From: Octopus vulgaris
Lineage: Eukaryota
Direction of reading: 5' to 3'
Length of the DNA: 64,000 bases
Assembly (NCBI GenBank): GCA_951406725.2
Contig: OX597831.1
Coordinates: 81,344,001-81,408,000 of the forward strand
Shown here: piece after piece, positions 29,271-44,769 of the stretch
How positions within the stretch are numbered: the first letter of the stretch is position 1
Layout of the letters: every line of letters starts with the position of its first letter
Made by a program: the position numbers and the translations under genes
Notes under the pieces: generated by a model
What the model saw: the letters and a program-made list of their open reading frames with translations, nothing else
Database searches by the model: none
What the model was told of the DNA's origin: nothing

Positions 29271-29832
29271 ATATATATATAAAAGATGGGAAATGTATGT
29301 TGTATATCTGTGTGTATCTGTGCTTTTGTGTGTAAGGTGTCTATGATTAATGATCCAATCTGCTTCGAAACCGCTTGGTGGTGTTGACAGTGATGATAGT
29401 GGTTGTGTGTATCTTCTTTTGAAGGAAGTAAGGGGGGACAACCCAGCAACAGTGACAAACAACAACTATAACAATAACGCCAAGTACGAAAGGAACACCA
29501 AAAAAAACGAGAATAACAGTCACATCGACAGAAACAGCTAGCAAGAGAAGAAGAAGAAAAAGAAGAAGAAGAAGAAGAAGGAGGAGAAGAAGAAGAAGAA
29601 GAAGAAGAAGAAGAAGAAGAAGAAGAACAACAACAACAACAACAGCAACAACAACACAAGCCATCAGCCACTAATGTCCCACCTTCATGGTGTCTGTTTA
29701 CCAAAGATGACCAAATATCTCCGCCCTGTCTTTTTATTAATTGAAACAAATTCACACTCACGTTCATATTATACACGCGGTATATACACCCCTGTATATA
29801 CACGTATATATATAAATATATATATATATATC

Positions 29833-29953
<121 letters not shown>

Positions 29954-30344
29954 GGTGTGTATGTGTGTGTATGCGTGTGTGTGTATATATATATTGACAT
30001 GTGTTCAGACACATATAAATACACATATTCACACTGGTACTTATATAGAAAGTTTACACACAAATACACGTCTATACTGGCTGGTGTTAAGCGCAAAATT
30101 TGGGAACAGAGAGAGAGAGAGAGGGAAAGAGACAGAGAGAAAGAAGGAGAGAGAGACAGAGACTGGGAAAAAGAAGGAGAGAGAGAGACAGAAAGACAAA
30201 AGGAGAGAGAGGGAGAGAGAGCAGAGGGAGAGGGTGGGAGAGACGTAAAAATAGTCAAATAAAAGAGTTTCCATTCAGATGCATTTATTGACATTCGCTT
30301 ATTTACAATCAGCAAGGAATACTCACCTAATGAGGTATAAAAGT

Positions 30345-30622
<278 letters not shown>

Positions 30623-30693
30623 ATGTATGTATGAATGTACATATTTATCTGTATGTAAATATATATATATATAAATATGAATATAAATTATAC

Positions 30694-30730
<37 letters not shown>

Positions 30731-30908
30731 CATATATACACTCATACATGTACATGCCTGCTTATATATGTATATATGCATAAATATATGGGTAGAGGAC
30801 GTCAAAAAATAAAAAAATAGCGTGAACAAAATGAGAAACGAGAACATAACGAGAACGAGCTTTGAGAAGAGACAGGCAAAAGCACATGAATATATGTATA
30901 CATGTATA

Positions 30909-30959
<51 letters not shown>

Positions 30960-31205
30960 AGTTTAACGCAGGTGTTATTGAAATTGTTTTACTTCCGACA
31001 CATGTTTCGAAGATATCACTGGTAATATACTAAATATTTCACGTAAACCCGAAGTTTCTTCCTTTAAAACAAGGAGTTACAACCTTTTCACTTGTGGGAT
31101 ATTTTGCTACCCTGTTAACTAATTATCTATTTTTTCCATATTAATTGTTAACAAGGGAAACGTACACACATCTCTCTCTCACTCTCTCTGTATATATATA
31201 TATAA

Positions 31206-31277
<72 letters not shown>

Positions 31278-31280
<3 letters not shown>

Positions 31281-31460
31281 TTAAATTTACAGAAAGCAAA
31301 AGACGAAGACAGGTGAAAGCGCAACATGCAATTGTATTAGTTTGGTGCTCTAAAAGAAAGGAAGAGTCTTTGATGTTTCAAGGCTAGGCTCTTCGACAGA
31401 AAATATTGAGAGAGAAAAACGGAGAGAGAAATGTGTAGGGATTAACAGTTCAACATATAA
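31278..31460 (-). mobile_element. Family H1 element, diverged
   Basis: AAAGACGAAGACAGGTG..; hammerhead-like motif at 31368-31403 (CTGTCGA..GAAACATC). Follows a (TA)n tract. Confidence 0.6.
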
Positions 31461-32156
31461 ATGTGTACGAGTGAGAGAAGAAACGAAAGAGAAAGGCTGC
31501 CGATACCTTATTTGGTTGGAGTTACATGTATTATTGTTTAAAACAGTCTGCTTCGGCTTCCAGCGACTTGAAATCACCATGTGAGTGAATATGGTAGACG
31601 GAAACTGAAAGAAGCCCCTGTGGTGCGTGTATGTTTGTGCGTCTGTGTGTGTGTGTGTGTGTGCGTGTGTGTGTGTTTGTATCTGTGTTTGTCCCCCAAC
31701 AGGTGTTGGTTTGTTTGTGCCAAAGAGACAGAGAATAAACGGGAGGCTTATAGCACTCGGGCCGATTTGTTCCACTGAAACCTTTTAAGGCGGTGCCCCA
31801 GCATGGCCGAAGTCTAATGATTGAAACAAGCAAGCAATAAAAGATCTAGAAATATAACATATTCATATTAAATATTCTGTGTACATGTCTATTACAAAGC
31901 TAACAATTTCAATTAACGTGTATTTGACTCGACATTAACGTATAGAGACACACAAACGCACAAACTAAGCCAAATCTTTACAAATACATACACAAAGACA
32001 ACCGGAGATAAATGCATGCAAACAGAAAAAGACACATCCATTCACGCATATATATATACACACACACAAACACACACACATCACAAACGTACACAAAAAT
32101 ATACAGAAATCAAATACGATTCTTAACACTACGTAGCTCAGTAATCAAATATTACT

Positions 32157-32376
32157 GAGCTGGCAGAAACGTTAGCACGCTGGGCGAAATGCGTAGCTGT
32201 ATTTCGTCTGTCGTCACGTTCCGAGTTCAAATTCCGCCGAGGTCGACTTTGCCTTTCATCCTTTCGGGGTCGATAAATTAAGTACCAGTTACACACTGGG
32301 GTCGATATAATCGACTTAATCCGTTTGTCTGTCCTTGTTTGTCCCGTCTGTGTTTAGCCCCTTGTGGGTGGTAAAG

Positions 32377-32380
<4 letters not shown>
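32157..32380 (+). mobile_element. SINE family A
   Basis: Near-identical to 40916-41142. Confidence 0.85.
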
Positions 32381-32430
<50 letters not shown>

Positions 32431-32443
32431 TTGTGTGTGTGTT

Positions 32444-32476
<33 letters not shown>

Positions 32477-32697
32477 AATATTTGTTTTTACGTTTGTTTA
32501 TGACAAAACCAATCTTAGATTAACCTGAGGGGTTACTCCATATTTTTTATAGAGTACAAATGTATTATTCTTTAACAAGAATATCGTCGCTAGTAACTTC
32601 GAAGTTTCGTCCAGCTAAGTCTCTCCGCATGATCTCATAAGCATCCGGCATGCGGAGCTTTCGACTGGTACCACTTGCACCTGCAAGTTGTTTACAA

Positions 32698-32737
<40 letters not shown>

Positions 32738-33055
32738 GGTAGATAGATAGGTAGAGAGATGGACAGCAAGATAGATAGAGAGACATTTGCATACATGCAT
32801 ACATATATACACACACAGACACAAACACACACATATAAATATATATAAACATATATAATTGTTTGTGGAAGGTTGTGGGTGTTTATATAAATGTACGTGT
32901 GTGTGCGTGTATGTACATACATAATGTGTGTGCGTATGTATGTACGTGTATGTACGTATATATGTACATATGTATATATGCATATCTATCTATCTATCTA
33001 TCTATCTATCTGTCTATCTATATCTATATGTGTGTGTGTGTGTGTGTGTTATGTT

Positions 33056-33105
<50 letters not shown>

Positions 33106-33561
33106 TAGATATATATGTGTGTCTGTGTATGTATATGCAAACACAGACACGCAGACAGACAGTGATACGGACAGGTAATTGAAGCAGGTTGTTGTTTGAA
33201 CCCTAAAAAGTCCCCTAGACAAGAGAAGGCGGGGGGGGGGGGGAATAATTGGTTGAAACGAAGCGACGAGTGTTCCCTAATGACACTGCTGTCTGTGACA
33301 CGCTCCCTTAAATACACGATTATTGATGAATCTTTGCATTCTTGGGGTTGACCTTTAATGGCCGCCATTCATGTTGTCAAGACGGCCCCTTCACTTTTTC
33401 ACCACCAGGTGTCGCTGCCTGCGTCGGCACATAATTCCAGCGATTGATAGGTCGGTTTCTTTTCAACAATATCGTATGACCACAGATAAACAGAGAACTC
33501 CTAATGATAACAAAAGAGGGACAACAACAACAAGAAGCTTAATAATGTCTGGCGGGCTAAC

Positions 33562-33598
<37 letters not shown>

Positions 33599-33599
33599 T

Positions 33600-33846
33600 T
33601 CTACTAAAGGCACAAGACCTGAAATTTGGAGGGAGGAGTTAAGTCGATTACATTGACCTCAGTACACAACTGGTACTTATTTTATCGACCCCGGAAGGAG
33701 GAAATGTAAGGTCGACCTCAGCGGAATTTGAAGTCAGAATGTAAAGACGGACGAAATGCCGCTAAGCACTTTGCCCAGTGCGATAATGATTTTGCTAGCT
33801 CACCGCCTTAACAACAACAACATCAATAATAATAAAAATGATCATG

Positions 33847-33904
<58 letters not shown>

Positions 33905-33938
33905 TAACAATAACAATAATAATAACAATAACAATAAC

Positions 33939-33983
<45 letters not shown>

Positions 33984-34188
33984 CTTTTCTACTATAGGCA
34001 CAAGGTCTGAAATTTGGGGTAGGGAACTAGTCGATCACATCGACCACAGTGTTTCACTGGTACTTAATTTATCGACCCCGGAAGGATGAAAGGCAAAGTC
34101 GACGTCGGCGGAATTTGAACTCAGACCGTAACGACAGGCTAAATACCACTAAGCATTTCGTCTGGTGCGCTAACGATTCTGCCAGCTC
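33600..34188 (-). mobile_element. Two SINE family A copies (33600-33807, 33985-34188) separated by (AAT)n
   Basis: Reverse complement of the family A consensus. Confidence 0.85.
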
Positions 34189-34570
34189 AATGATAAATAT
34201 CATTATTATTACAAGTGATTGTAGGAGCACTTGAAATGATAAAAAACAAATGGAACTGAAAATTATTTGAGGATGATCCCTGGCTTACCCTCCTCCATGC
34301 AGGAAGTGCAAAAAAGATTGTCTTAACTGATACGTCACAGAGAAAGAGCATTGCTGCTGTGAATTCCATCCCGCTTTTTTCTTTATTTACTTTTTCATTT
34401 TTCTTCTTTTTCCTTTTTCTCTCTGTCTTTCTTCCGCTTTTTCTCTATCACATGACTTTGTAAATGAACATTCTGGCATCTTTATTTTACGGGCATACCA
34501 ATGTATACAGTGAGTTTCTCTGCCCTAGGCATCAGGCAGACACTCGGCAAGAAATGGAAACAAAATGATA

Positions 34571-34617
<47 letters not shown>

Positions 34618-35520
34618 AATTTTTTAGGCTCAAAGTTTAGAACTTAGAGGAAAGAAGATAGTGGATCACAACGACCCCAGTACACGCCTGATACTTTATT
34701 TTATCAACCCCGTAAAGATAAAATGCAAAGTTGTCTCAGAACATAAAATACGGGAAGAAATAAAGCAAGGAATTTTGTCCGACGCACCAACCATTGTACC
34801 CATAAAAATAACAACAACAATAACGACGACTTCTGATTTAGGGCCAAGAGTAGCACATTTGAGGGGAAGGGTTTTAATCGACACCACCGACCCCATTATT
34901 TGACTTCTACTGTGTTTTATCAGCCCTGAAAGGAGAAAGGTACAGCTGACGTCAGCCTTATTTGAAACCAGATCTTGATGATCAGCATCAACAATAATGA
35001 TCGTTTCTTTCCTTGGCCACAAGAGCCCAAGACATGCGAGGAAAATATAAAAAGGACGGAATACAACACAAAATGTGGGAATTATAACATCCAAAAGAAA
35101 ATAAGCAGACGAAAGATACATGGAAAGGTATAAGAATAAAGTTCCAGCAAAAATTGCAGGTAAGAAAAATTGCCCAACATCAGAGCAGTTCACCTTGGTC
35201 CCTTAAGGTGGAGACCCCGCACAAAAGGCTCAAAAGCATCAAAATGGCCTTTTCTTTTTTGTTTCTATATTTCTCTTGAAATCCACTTCCTTTGTTTCAG
35301 TTAATTTCGAAAAGTTGAAGAATTTAGCAAAATAACTTTGTCATTACTAAGCTTACGTTTGACCCATGGTGCTTTTTTTAAGACCAGAAGGATAATCCTT
35401 CATATTTCTGCAAAACCTGTATTTTTCTGAGATATCTTTTGTTAGTCATCTATACTGGAGTGTCTTTCAAATATTGTTATAAAATTGTATAAAAAACGAT
35501 TTTTGGTAATAAATTAAATA

Positions 35521-35664
35521 AGCGCAGGAGTGGCTGTGTGGTAAGTAGCTTGATTACTAACCACATGGTTCCGGGTTCTTGGGCAAATGTCTTCTACTAT
35601 AGCCTCGGGCCGACCAAAGCCTTGTGAGTGGATTTGGTAGACGGAAACTGAAAGAAGCTCGTCG

Positions 35665-35754
<90 letters not shown>

Positions 35755-35960
35755 GTTGTGTGTCTGTGTTTGTTTCCCCAGCATCGCTTGACAACCGATG
35801 CTGGTGTGTTTACGTCCTCGTAACTTAGCCGTTCGGCAAAAGATACCGATAGAATAAGTACTAGACTTACAAAGAATAAGTCCTGGGGTCGATTTGCTCG
35901 ACTAAAGGCAGTCCTTCAGCATGATCGCAGTCAAATTACTGAAACAAATAGAAAAGTAAA
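35521..35960 (+). mobile_element. tRNA-derived SINE family B with internal (TA)n(TG)n microsatellite
   Basis: Head GCGCAGGAGTGGCTGTGTGGTAAG..GGTTCCGGGTTC, TTGGGCAAATGTCTT (CORE-like, inference), internal microsatellite, 3' part ..GATAGAATAAGTACTAG..CAGCATG..CTGAAAC. Confidence 0.8.
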
Positions 35961-36774
35961 GAAATTTGGGCACTTATAGGTTTTCTGGTGACGGGCTGGC
36001 AAAGTCATTAGCACACCGGCCAAAATGCATTTCGGTCTTTCTTCCGTCTTCACGTTCCGAGGCCATATTCCGATATGGTCGATTTTGCCTTTTATCTTTT
36101 CGGGGGTCGATAAAAATACTATTGTTCAACTGGGGGCTGATGTAACCGACTTAACCCGATCCCTAAAATTGTTGGCTTTGAGCCAAAATTTGAAACCATT
36201 ATTAATCTGGCGTTTGGGACATGAATTTACCTGAAACTTTTGATGACATGTTTTAATTTCGATGACATCAAAATCGTAGAGCCAGAATCGCGCTCAGATG
36301 AGTTGGTTTGATAAAGTTACGTCCTTTTTAAGCGTGAAGACCTGAATCCATCTTTTCCAAGACGTCATTCTTGTCCCATGGAAGTGTTTCTCTAATAATC
36401 GCCAGTATAAGTATAATTAATGAAGAGTTTATTTACACAATCAAGACAATTAGCAACTGTAAGTCTCACACAATTAACGAAGTCCTCAATTTCTGGTTAA
36501 ATTATTTAATTAGTTCACATAAAGTTGAGTTAGTGTTACATTGCTTAACATAGCGACAAAATAAATGATAGCCAATTAAAATTTCCTTGTGATGAGGAAA
36601 GTAAAACTTCCGTACACTACTTTCATTTTATCGAGATAGGGGCGACGAACCGCTCCGAAATTAGAGTTAATTGAAATAAGAATTAAACAGGCATTGAGCG
36701 AAATGAATCATTAGCTGAACCGTTCTTATTAATTCTTTGACGGGTTTTGCAAATATATTTTTCAGATTTTTATC

Positions 36775-37102
36775 TTTTACTTGTTTCAGTCATTAAACTA
36801 CGGCCATACTGGGGCACCACCTTGAAGGGTTTTAGTCGAACGCATCGGACCCAGGACTTATCTTTTTTTAAAGCCTCGTACTTGTTCTTTCGATCTCTTT
36901 TGCTGAACTTTTTGCGAAGTTATGGAGACGTAAACACACCAAAACCGGTTGTCAAGTGGTGGTCACACACACACACACACAGTCACAAGCACACACACAC
37001 AGACACAAGCACACACGCACAAACACTCTCACACACACACACACACACACAAACACGCACACATACACAAAAATTCACACACACACACACATACACACAC
37101 AA

Positions 37103-37133
<31 letters not shown>

Positions 37134-37269
37134 ACACACACACACACAAACACACACGCACAAGCACTCACACACAAGCACGCACACATACACACACACA
37201 AGCACACACACAAAACATTCACACACACACAAACACACAGACACACACAAATACACACACACAAGCACG

Positions 37270-37312
<43 letters not shown>

Positions 37313-37454
37313 AATTTCTTTAAGTTTCCCTCTACCAAATCCACTCACCAGTCTATAGTAGAAGTCACTTGCTCAAGGTGCCACGCAGTGGGACTGAACC
37401 TGGAACCCCGTGGTTGGAAAGTAAATTTCTTAACATACATGCACCCCTGCGCCT
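36775..37454 (-). mobile_element. SINE family B with expanded internal (CA)-rich tract
   Basis: 3' half at 36775-36960 and 5' half at 37310-37454 on the minus strand, flanking ~350 bp of cryptic CA repeat. Other partial copies at ~20950-21100, 25960-26130, 26755-26958 and 31575-31843. Confidence 0.75.
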
Positions 37455-39089
37455 ATGTAGCGAAAGTTTTGGACATGTTTTACTCGTATTCTACTGCCTC
37501 AGCGAAACTTAGCCATTTCTGTAGTTGACAGATGAGGGATAAATGAAATGGGTTTGTAAATGTATAAAATGTGCAAGAGTTGACGTGACACCATGACATG
37601 ACATGGCCGGGACAAATACCTTGGGACTCCATCAGTAAGGAAAATAGATAGTTAAGTTATAGCAAATAGAATACAACTTCACTCAAAATTTCTACAGTAA
37701 TGAGGAAAAGTAAAAGAATAACTTTTAGTTCTTAAATATAATGAAAGGAAGGTAGGTGTCATCATCCCCCCCCACACACACATAAATAAATCTATAAATC
37801 TATTGCAATAAAAAAATTTCGATTAATTATTAAAGAGATCAGCGTAAATAATTAATTGGTTATTCGTCACGGGATAAACAATATTTATTGAATTAAAACA
37901 AAACTCCCCAGGGTTCAACAGGTTGCTTGCTCAACTGGAAAATATAATTTCTAATGTGGACCCACGGCCAGCAAATGGGGACGGAAACACAGGTCGAGGT
38001 TGGCACCAATTGCAGAATTTACCATTCCATGTTTGATTGCTCACTTCATGAACAGATCGATTATAAACATAGATAGGAACTGAAAAGGAAAGTAAGGTGC
38101 AAAGGGAAGTGTTGTCTTCTTGCAAATTTGTTGAAAAGTGGGTGAATGTCGGGAAAATGACCAGTGTGAAAGGACCTATTTTGAGCATGCGACTGTGAAA
38201 AATATAAGAAGGGATCTTGTTCTGTTGGTCATGCACCCGTGGTTTTTGTGGGTTTTTCCACGAGTAACGTTAAAGCCCCCCCCCCACTCCTATTGGGAGT
38301 TTTATTTGTTTAATTTTCTATGTTATTTGCTGTTTACACGCTTTCAAAAGCCATTTGTATCGTTCTGTCTTTGTCTCTTCGTGTAACTTTATCTAAGCCC
38401 TTGTGGCCAATAAAAGAATTATTATTAACGGTATTTCGTCCGTCGGTAAGTTTTGAAGTGAAAAATTCCGCCGAGGTCACCCTTGCTTTTTATTCTTTCG
38501 GGGGTCGATAAAATAAGTACCGGTAGCATATTGTGGTCGATGCGATCAACTTAGCGCCTATTCCCTCAAAATATCAGGTCTTCTGCCTATCGTTAAAAGT
38601 ATTATTAAAACGTGTTGCGGGTTGTGTTTTAGTATTCAGAGGAATTTCAATAAAATCGAGTGGGACGTGAATTACTGAAATTAAAACTTGCGAAAAATAA
38701 GTATTGTTGTACCTATATTCTAACCTAGTATATAACAAAAAAATGTTGTTATACTTTTGTAGTACCAATACAGTGTTATACCTACGCGGTATATCTTGAC
38801 ATTTGTGTAAAGTTAAGTCTTAGAATAAATATTATATTTCTTAAAATTCACGTCTCTTAACTCTTTTATGCTTTCAGCGTCTTTATACATTAACATGTCT
38901 CCAGCCGAGTTCCATGAAATAGACTTGCAATCAAATACTGAGATCGATAGAATCCAGTCACAACTTCCTTCCGTCGGGATTGCTGGTCTCCTGCCTAATT
39001 CAGAAACCACCCATTAAAAGGTTTCCGACTTACATTAGGGAGATATCGGAGTCAGAAAGAATAGAGAAGTCTGTTAGAATGTCTATATT

Positions 39090-39355
39090 CTTTTCAAGGC
39101 CCGAAGTTTTGAGGGAGGGGTGGGGCAGTCGATTAGATCGACCCCAGCACGCAACTGGTACTTAATTTATCGGCCACGAAAGGATGAAGGGCAAAGTCAA
39201 CCTCGGCGGAATTTGAACTCAAAGCGTAAAGCCAGACGAAATACCTGTTTCTTTACTACCCACAAGGGGCACGGTGGAATTTGAACTCAGAACGTAGCGG
39301 CAGACGAAATACCGCTAAGCATTTCGCCCTGCCTGCTAACGATTCTGCCAGCTTG
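39090..39355 (-). mobile_element. Composite SINE family A
   Basis: Reverse complement of family A with the same GACGAAATACCT.TTTCTTTACTACCCACAAGGGGC junction as the 48335 composite. Confidence 0.8.
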
Positions 39356-40407
39356 CAACCTGTTTTAATCTGATGGACTTACATGACTGACCCAACCGCC
39401 ACCCGGTAGAGAGATAAACCAGCTTATGAGTACTCGGGTATCTTTTCTCTCTGTTACTCAAAAACCTGCTTCTCTAAGATCTTGCAAATTTTAGTGGAGA
39501 TAAATAAAGAGTTGTGTAGCGAGGGGGGAGCGTTTGTATGATTATAGTAGTACTTCGAAGAAATTAACGGAAATTTGGTAGAGGAAACAGTCGACCCATA
39601 GGACTTGATGAACACTTTATTTTATCGACCCAAAAAGATAAAAGGCAAAGTTAACCTCGATTGCGTTTGAACTTAGAACGTAAAGAACCGGAACAGGTCA
39701 ACGTGGTATGACGCCCATTTGCTTTCGCCATTATTCAGATAATCACCAAGATGCATATGTTGGGTGAGTGTTGTTATTGACCCCAGTATATGAATGGTTA
39801 TATATTTTATCGAATCCATTCCAAGAAAAGCTTTTATACAAAATCAACGAGGAAGCGTATGCGTGGTCGCTCGATCTGCAAGAAAAAGGAGCCAAATTCT
39901 TTCAAAATCATTTCCTACCGTTTGAAAAGAACATAACGAATGAAGTCGTCATAGATACACTATGGCTAGGCCTGCCTGGAATGTTTGGTCAGACAATGAC
40001 CGTTGGTTAAACAACAACAACAACTATACTATAAACATGCTTTTAGAGAAGGAATAAGTTTAAACAAAAAACTATACTCTAGCCATGACCATCTGGAGTA
40101 AACTTAATCCTATATTAGGTTCAAGATGTGTGATTTAAAGGAAATTTGGCTACTATTTCTAGCAATCTATAGTCTCCTAGTTTCTCTAACATGGGGAGTA
40201 TGGTAGGGTGTAGTAGATAGAGATGAGTGAGGATTTAGTGAGATTAAGCAGGACTTAATGAATGTAGGCGGGGCTTCTTGTGAGTAGGCGGGTCTTATAG
40301 GAAATGGCTAAGGCTGATGGAGGTTAGGTAAAGAATGGCCATTTCGAATTCCGGACGGTTTAATGCGATATTCTTGCAACAGAGTTTAATAATAACTTGT
40401 GATAGTA

Positions 40408-40489
<82 letters not shown>

Positions 40490-40847
40490 CTGCGTGCGTG
40501 CACGTGCACATATAGCTGTGTGGTTAAAAAGCTCCCTTTCTAGGCATGTGGTCTCGGGTTCAGGCCCATTGCGCGACAAAGAAACGATTTATTAATCAAG
40601 TTATTTACATTTTTCAAAGAATTATTTCCCAGTTAGAATTAAATTCAATTTTCCATTCCCATTAACGAAGCATCCAGAGAATTGAGATGTTGGTGGGAAA
40701 TCTTCTTAAAATTCCACAGTATTCCTCAAACTTCCATAACTCATCTCCTTGAAACCACATCCTAGTGATAGATCCTTCTGATCACAAACAATCGATCAAC
40801 CGACACCCTATCACATTAATACGTAGTTTATATATGAAAATAATTAC

Positions 40848-40911
<64 letters not shown>

Positions 40912-40915
40912 TAAA

Positions 40916-41142
40916 GGCGGCGAGCTGGCAGAAACGTTAGCACGCCGGGCGAAATGCTTAGCGGTATTTCGTCTGCCGCTGCGTTCTGAGTTCAAATTCC
41001 GCCGAGGTCGACTTAGCCTTTCATCCTTTCGGGGATCGATAAATTAAGTACCATTTACGCACTGGGGTCGATTTAATCGACTTAATCCGTTTGTCTGTCC
41101 TTGATTGTCCCCTCTATGTTCAGCCCCTTGTGGGCAATAAAT
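40916..41142 (+). mobile_element. tRNA-derived SINE family A, full length
   Basis: A-box-like TGGCAGAAACG, B-box GAGTTCAAATTCC, central CCTTTCATCCTTTCGGGG(A)TCGATAAATTAAGTACC domain. More than 15 copies in the window, often next to (TTA)n. Confidence 0.85.
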
Positions 41143-41515
41143 ATACGCACACACACATATACACACACAAACACACACACACTCACAATAACATATACAA
41201 CTAGTAGATCATAGTTATGCGTATGCATGTTTGTATGTATGTATATATACACATACATACATTTATATGAATGTGTGTATATATATATATATATATACAT
41301 ACATACATACATACATACATACATACATACATACAATATGTATGTATGCATATATACATACATATATATATATAGATAGAGATATAGATAGATATATTTA
41401 GATATGCATTTCTATGTGCGTATCCATAAGTAAGTGTAGATATACATACAGCTAGGAGATCAATGTATATGCACAAGTATATGTAACTCTTCTATTTGAT
41501 GCTTGGGGACCCGAG

Positions 41516-41583
<68 letters not shown>

Positions 41584-42361
41584 CCATCTTTACTGCTAGG
41601 ATACCAAAGTCTTTTGTACGAATGCGTGTGTCTGTGTGTGTCTGTGTGAATGTTTGTACAACACGAGTCCGCAAGCAACCTTAGAACGTGCATTTAACCG
41701 TCCCACGAGGAATGCATAGTTACATAGTTGTAAGCACACACTCAGAAATCATGTGTATGTACACAAGTCTCCAGCCTCAACCGCTTCCTGTCTAAACGAC
41801 TTCATACACAGGAATATACATACATGCAGCCGTAGCCATTGCTAAAGACGTTTATAATCACAAGATACCGACCATTACATATCACAGATTTATGATATGG
41901 TTGTCGTATTGGATGTAGTGCAAGCTGTAATGTAATAGATACAGTGTGGGTTGTAGTACGATACAGTAGATGCTGCAGCTCGACACACGAAGTACAGACT
42001 GTAGTACAATAGATAGAGTTCGGGCTGTAGTATACAAGATACAATGCGGGTCACAGTACAATGGGTGAGGTACAAACTACAGTACGATGAATGCAGTTTA
42101 GGTTGTAGTAGAATAATACATTACAATAGATGCAGTGTTGGCTGTGGTAGAATAAAGGGCAAGCTGTGCAGTGGTGGCCCCTTGAGGTGCAGCTGGGACA
42201 GCTGACGCTGCACTCGTGCAGCACCCCCCCTCTTTGTTGTGTCGTGGGAGGGTTTAAGGGTCTCACTCTTCCCTCTCCCCCCGCCCTGCTCATTATACCT
42301 CATTATTCAACAATACCTATATGTGTGTGTGTCTGTGTGTATGTATGTGTGTATGCATGCA

Positions 42362-42396
<35 letters not shown>

Positions 42397-42432
42397 GTAA
42401 GTATATATATGTATATGTGTGTGTCTATATGC

Positions 42433-42464
<32 letters not shown>

Positions 42465-42479
42465 ATATATGTGTATATT

Positions 42480-42521
<42 letters not shown>

Positions 42522-43129
42522 CATATATGCATAGATTCATGCACACACACACACACACACATATATATGTACATATATATAGTTACATATATGCATGGGC
42601 TCTTGCACACACACACACACATATATATATATGTATATACAAATGCATATACGTATATACACAAATGTATTTATATGTGTGTATATATACATATATAGAC
42701 ATGTATATATATGTGTGTGAATTTACATATACATATATAGATATATACACACTCACATTATATATATAAGCATGTATATGCATACATGCGTACATATATA
42801 TATATATATATGTACATGTATATCTATATATGTAAGTATGTATAGAAACCTTTGAATCATAAGTGACCATCACATCGAATTATGGCATTACTATGCTAGA
42901 TTACAATATTTCGCTACTATTGCTAAACTAGACTTTTTAATTCGTCTCACAAAACACCTCTCTAGTATGATAACGCTGATCACATACAAATCTCCGCACC
43001 GACATTCCGCCATTACGCACGAACATTACTATACGTCACTCCATGTCTTCATTAATCTCCAATAAACATGTTAAACTTTACTACTTGAGCTAGTGAAGGA
43101 GTTCCATCTCCTACACTCTTCTCCCAATA

Positions 43130-44020
43130 TATTATTATTGGTACAGTTGTTCTCACTTCCAGCAATGCCCACCTCTACACCCGATGATACCAGCCTTCCT
43201 TTATTCCTTGCCTTCCACACCGAAGGGGCATTCATATCCAGTCTAGACCCCTTACATCAATCTAGACACCATGGAACACTCTGCAATGAGGACAAGGCAA
43301 CTGTCGTCTCCTTCGACACCAAAAACACACACAGTTGCTACGTATTATCGAGGAAACGCTATCATACCACAGCCCCACTGAACATAAACGGTGCACAGCT
43401 ACCGCCCTCAACGCATCTATGACCCTCAGCGCAACTGGGACCCTCAAGGCTACTACAATGGTTAGACCTCATTACCACTGGAGATTCCTTCTGGCCATTA
43501 GACATCCTCAGCATTGCAAAGACAGCATCACAAAGATTGGTTCCCCAATTCAGGGCCAAATAATTTACTGTAGATCCACCACTCTTCCCGCTAACAACCA
43601 TTAACTCCCTTCACAGTCAGGTGAGACCGATAATGGAATATTCCACTCAGATTTGAGATGATTTTCTTCTTTTATCACAAAGGTTGCATCTAGATAAGGG
43701 TCAGTCGCTTCATTTGTATATAATCGCTTACTAAGGTCAGGTTTTCAGACAAACACTGTCTCCTGTCTCTGTCTTTTTTAAATTCTACTACAATGGTCTC
43801 TGCTCATCGGAAATGGCTGGGTATATGAGTTCTCCCCTCAGTTACTTCTACCCGATTTACATTAACTTTCCCGCTCATCACTTACACCCGGCTCAATCCC
43901 TACACTAGCTGCCATATCCAATCCTTCTTCCCCAGAAATAAGTCTTCTGTGAATCCCTCCCTGCATGTGTTTTCCCTGTGACAATAATAACGTCTACCTC
44001 AAATTTAAATTCACATACGA
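43130..44020 (+). mobile_element. Degenerate non-LTR retrotransposon (LINE) 3' end, reverse-transcriptase C-terminal region
   Basis: Frameshifted remnants: TPDDTSL (YADD-like), VSFDTKNTHSC..SRKR..PLNINGAQL, SIAKTASQRL, QVRPIMEYSTQI (RPxLEY motif), FYYNGLCSSEM, FFPR..LP..FP. The CR1/L2 group is an inference. Confidence 0.7.
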
Positions 44021-44227
44021 CTAGACGAAGTATTCAATACATGCATTAAGTGTAATTAGTTAGCAGAGAGTTGAGATCGTTTTCTCTTATTAGTTTGAGA
44101 TTGGCCACAAAAAGAAAGGCACAAAAACCGGAAGAATGACAGGTTAATGTGGTAATCTCAAATTTACAATCAAATCAATCAATCAATCAATCAATTAATC
44201 AATGCATCAATATCGTTAGTTATCACC

Positions 44228-44622
44228 CATCCATCCATCCATCCATCCATCCATCCATCCATCCATCCATCCATCCATCCATCCATCCATCCATCCATCC
44301 ATCCATCCATCCATCCATCCATCCATCCATCCATCCATCCATCCATCCATCCATCCATCCATCCATCCATCCAACCATCCATCCATCCATCCATCCATCC
44401 ATCCATCCATCCATCCATCCATCCATCCATCCATCCATCCATCCATCCATCCATCCATCCATCCATCCATCCATCCATCCATCCATCCATCCATCCATCC
44501 ATCCATCCATCCATCCATCCATCCATCCATCCATCCATCCATCCATCCATCCATCCATCCATCCATCCATCCATCCATCCATCCATCCATCCATCCATCC
44601 ATCCATCCATCCATCCATCCAT
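44228..44622. repeat. (ATCC)n microsatellite, ~395 bp
   Basis: Nearly perfect tetranucleotide array. Confidence 0.95.
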
Positions 44623-44726
44623 CTATAAGTGCCAGTCTCTTCAAATTTAGCAATGTATATAGATGTACATATGTATGTAGTTATACATGTATCTATCTAT
44701 TAACACACACACATCTATATAGAGGG

Positions 44727-44769
<43 letters not shown>

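Noticed and set aside
40916-40998. tRNA gene calls from A-box and B-box motifs
   Set aside because: They are SINE heads followed by SINE body sequence; no complete cloverleaf.
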